Source of the DNA: a virus
Lineage: Duplodnaviria; Caudoviricetes
Virus record (IMG/VR): IMGVR_UViG_3300005077_000021
Coordinates: 1-58,029 of that record
DNA: 58,029 nucleotides
Strand: one strand, 5' to 3'
The position numbers and the translations under genes are program-made. Shown piece by piece: positions 55,218 through 58,029 of this stretch (its first letter is position 1; each line of letters starts with the position of its first letter). Under the pieces are notes generated by a model that was not told the DNA's origin, made no database searches, and saw nothing but the letters and a program-made list of their open reading frames with translations.

Positions 55218-57473
55218 ATGACCAAATTGATTGCAGTGATTCTCACCATACTCTTGGGAATCCCTCTTTCTGCTTCTGCAGATTCACTTGCCGATCTTCT
55301 CAGCAAGAGAGAAGCGGCCAAATACTACACTCGGGCTGATGGTACTCCTCCTACTGGTGAGTCTAGTACCACCACAGGGGACTGGACTTTTGGGGGCAAT
55401 ACAACGTGGGATGAAAAAGAGGCTATCTTTTCTGACGGTACTTACACGGGGCGTATTAAACAATACCAGGAACCTGGGCAGACTGGGGGGCGTTTAACGA
55501 TTGGTGTAGATGAAAATAATCGGACGCTTGTTCTTTGTGACGAAGGAGATGTTAATAAAGATTTCAATACCGCAGTTCAAACACAACCAACCTTGTATAT
55601 TGCAACTGCATCTGGTTCGTTGAGTGCTGGAACTAAATTAACGTGGAGAAGTTTATATTTCGGTGATATTGGTTCGGTTTCTGCTTTGAGTGGATTAGGT
55701 TTTTATCAGATGGGAGACAGGCCAGCAAGTAATGTATTTTCAATGCTGATGGATAATGCTGTTTATCAGATGACAGATACAGACGGCGAGCAGAACCTTC
55801 TCTTTATGCGGGGGAATGTTGAGCAGAGCGGAACGGCTGGCTATAGTGGCATACGGTTGGTAATGTACGAAGACAGCTTGGGTAACGCTTCTACGAATAC
55901 GGGCGGTACAAATAATCTGATGGTGCTTGGAACTTCTCTTGATACAGATATGTTTAAGATCAGAAACGATGGAAAGGTATTTGCTAATATTGGATTGCGA
56001 GTTGGTGATGCTTACGATATGCCCGTGTCCGATGGCACTGCCGGACAGATCCTGGTTACCGATGGAGCCGATACGGTCTCCTGGGCATCTTCTTCTTCTG
56101 CACTCGACACTGTCTACGCCAAGCTCGACGGCACCAACACTCCCACGACCGGCGACTGGTCATTCGGCCACGACGTGTACGGGCCAGCCACGGGATCCTG
56201 CACAGAGCCGACGACGTTCACGATCAACGCTGGGTGCGTGCATTGCACCGAAGCAAAGTGCGGCGTTGAGGTAACTGCCAACGTGGACATAACGGAAGGC
56301 GGGTGCCCCGGAGGATCTCTGCTATTTGTGGACACTGCAAACGGTCCACTTGGGGTGGCTTGCTATCCGGGGCAAGCGTTCGATGCTACGTTTACCGCTC
56401 CCGGTGGTAGCCCGGCATTGGACTACGGTGTGGATGATATCAGGTTGTGCATTGTTCACGTTGGTGAAGGGGCGGGTGTGACCGCTCTCGTTCCATCGTC
56501 GCAGACGTGCGCCGACGCAGTGGCATTGTTTGAGATGCCCCCGGAGGTGGTCGTTGCGGACGATCCCGACTTCTACGCATTCAACGCCACGACGTGCTCC
56601 TACGATTTCTCCCCGGACGAGGGAATCACGCTGATCGACGGGTGGGACGCGGCAGAGGTGGTGTCCGATTCAGAGCCAGAAAAGGCGTGGACGATAACCG
56701 ACGCGGGGGCTGCAACACTTGCCAGTGCGACAACGACATCTCTTGACGTTGGCGTGGCTGCGGCGATTGGTAATGGAAGCGATGCGTATCCTCGCGTGAC
56801 CGAAAATTTGAACCAGGCGGGACTGTACGTTCACAAGGTTTATTCAGACACTGACCCAGATCTGTACTCAGCAGTAACAAACTATTACAGGTCTGGCCTT
56901 ACATTCTTGCTTGAAATATATCCGCACGCGGACTCTGACCCTGGGGATACCATCCAGACGGCATATGGTGTTCGCGGTGTAACGGTGACCCGCAGCAGCG
57001 GCTATCACGACCAGATTCTGGGCGGCTTGTTTCAATCCATGGCGAGCGGCACATCGACGGTAAATTCCTCGCAAGGCGTTTTCTCGCAAGTCGGTGCCGA
57101 GGAAGCCGGGGCGACGCTCAACGATGGAATATTCTACAACACATATCCGGTTACCGTTGGCACGGTGAAGCGGTTTCGGGTATTGAATGTGCCAGACCTG
57201 GGAGCGGCGGAAGATGTTGCCGTGGGAATAGAGATACCAGCGTTTACGTCCGGGCCGACCGTATCGCATGGCATGAGAAGCAGACATGACGTGTTTCTAC
57301 CAGCGCTTGCCCCTACGGTTATTTATCAGGGCACGATAACCACCGGAGGCACTCCCACCTGTATAGATGCGGCACAGACGTGGTTGACAAGATATTTCTG
57401 GCGTCATCACTGGAGTCAATACGTTCAATCATACAATTGTTGCGACCATGGCGAACAACTGGGCGTTGGGTGA
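55218..57473 (+). CDS. Large fibre/adhesin-like protein with N-terminal signal peptide; reading frame breaks near 57387
   Basis: MTKLIAVILTILLGIPLSASA; G/T/D-rich; DGTAGQILVTDG; repeated Y..DGT..TTGDW.FG; last ~28 aa look out of frame. Confidence 0.7.
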   Translation: MTKLIAVILTILLGIPLSASADSLADLLSKREAAKYYTRADGTPPTGESSTTTGDWTFGGNTTWDEKEAIFSDGTYTGRIKQYQEPGQTGGRLTIGVDENNRTLVLCDEGDVNKDFNTAVQTQPTLYIATASGSLSAGTKLTWRSLYFGDIGSVSALSGLGFYQMGDRPASNVFSMLMDNAVYQMTDTDGEQNLLFMRGNVEQSGTAGYSGIRLVMYEDSLGNASTNTGGTNNLMVLGTSLDTDMFKIRNDGKVFANIGLRVGDAYDMPVSDGTAGQILVTDGADTVSWASSSSALDTVYAKLDGTNTPTTGDWSFGHDVYGPATGSCTEPTTFTINAGCVHCTEAKCGVEVTANVDITEGGCPGGSLLFVDTANGPLGVACYPGQAFDATFTAPGGSPALDYGVDDIRLCIVHVGEGAGVTALVPSSQTCADAVALFEMPPEVVVADDPDFYAFNATTCSYDFSPDEGITLIDGWDAAEVVSDSEPEKAWTITDAGAATLASATTTSLDVGVAAAIGNGSDAYPRVTENLNQAGLYVHKVYSDTDPDLYSAVTNYYRSGLTFLLEIYPHADSDPGDTIQTAYGVRGVTVTRSSGYHDQILGGLFQSMASGTSTVNSSQGVFSQVGAEEAGATLNDGIFYNTYPVTVGTVKRFRVLNVPDLGAAEDVAVGIEIPAFTSGPTVSHGMRSRHDVFLPALAPTVIYQGTITTGGTPTCIDAAQTWLTRYFWRHHWSQYVQSYNCCDHGEQLGVG

Positions 57474-58029
57474 TGTGTATCAGATCAAGAGCACTTCGGC
57501 AAATGAAGATTCCGCCGCCATGTATTTCGGCGGCGACGATTACAACGGCGTGCAGGCCAAGGTCTATTACGACGGTGGCGACGATTCGCTCGATGTAAGC
57601 GGTGCCATTCTTCGGGCATCTGATGGGCTCTGGCTACCAGACAACAAGCAGGTCGTGCTTGGGGCTGATGATGACATGGCCCTGTCGGCCAGCACAGCCG
57701 GGCAGCTTGATATAACACTTCCTACTGATACCGATGGTGTACTGTACTTCGCCGGAACCAGCGGGCAGGGGACCATGACGTACATGGAGGATGAGGACCG
57801 GTTCGACTTCGCGGAGACGATTTTGACGGGGGGCAACATCGAGCTTGCCAATATCGATACGACACTTTCGCGGGCATCGGCCGGAGATGTGAACATCGAG
57901 GGGAACGTCATCTACCGGGCCGGTGGAACGGATGTGCCGCTGGCTGATGGTGGCACCGGAGCCAGCCTATCAGACCCCGCGGCCGACCGGATTGCATTCT
58001 GGGATGATAGTGAGAGCACGATGGCATGG
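57388..58029 (+). CDS. Continuation of the fibre-like protein in the +1 frame, truncated by the window end
   Basis: Open to the end of the window: QDISGVITG...WALGDVYQI...YMEDEDRF...GGTDVPLADGGTGASLSDP. Confidence 0.7.

Noticed and set aside
1-58029. Apparent abundance of GATC and CCGG as a signature of protection by base modification
   Set aside because: Impression only; it may follow from GAT/ATC/CGG codon preference and needs a codon-controlled k-mer count.

Overview
A 58-kb segment of a tailed dsDNA bacteriophage (siphovirus-like, HK97-fold capsid, lambda-like tail tip). Essentially all real genes are on the + strand, tightly coupled, with strong GGAGG ribosome-binding sites. About 1-20.7 kb is a DNA modification, replication and recombination region: a DpdA-like 7-deazaguanine DNA transglycosylase flanked by two small related ORFs, a beta sliding clamp, a split UDG/exonuclease + family A polymerase, a DnaX-like clamp loader, UvsY-, gp32- and RecA-like proteins, a resolvase, a split SbcCD, ThyA, QueE, a metallophosphoesterase and many small ORFs. 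From 21.1 kb to the end lies the virion module: terminase, a portal-MuF-zincin fusion with a coupled candidate immunity gene, protease, capsid, neck and tail genes, and an NlpC/P60 endolysin. The most striking feature is a candidate virion-surface modification system. Two sugar-modification clusters sit inside the structural operon (epimerase, B12 radical SAM, atypical radical SAM, six glycosyltransferase genes), and a gpL-like tail-tip protein carries a ~190-aa tail that is ~60% Ser with 16 Cys. Other notable items: long hairpins with anti-Shine-Dalgarno loops, duplicated tail-tube and chaperone genes, a G-quadruplex-prone terS-terL spacer, and a frame-broken fibre-like gene running off the window. 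No integrase, tRNA or CRISPR array was seen. All family calls come from motif recognition by eye, not database searches.
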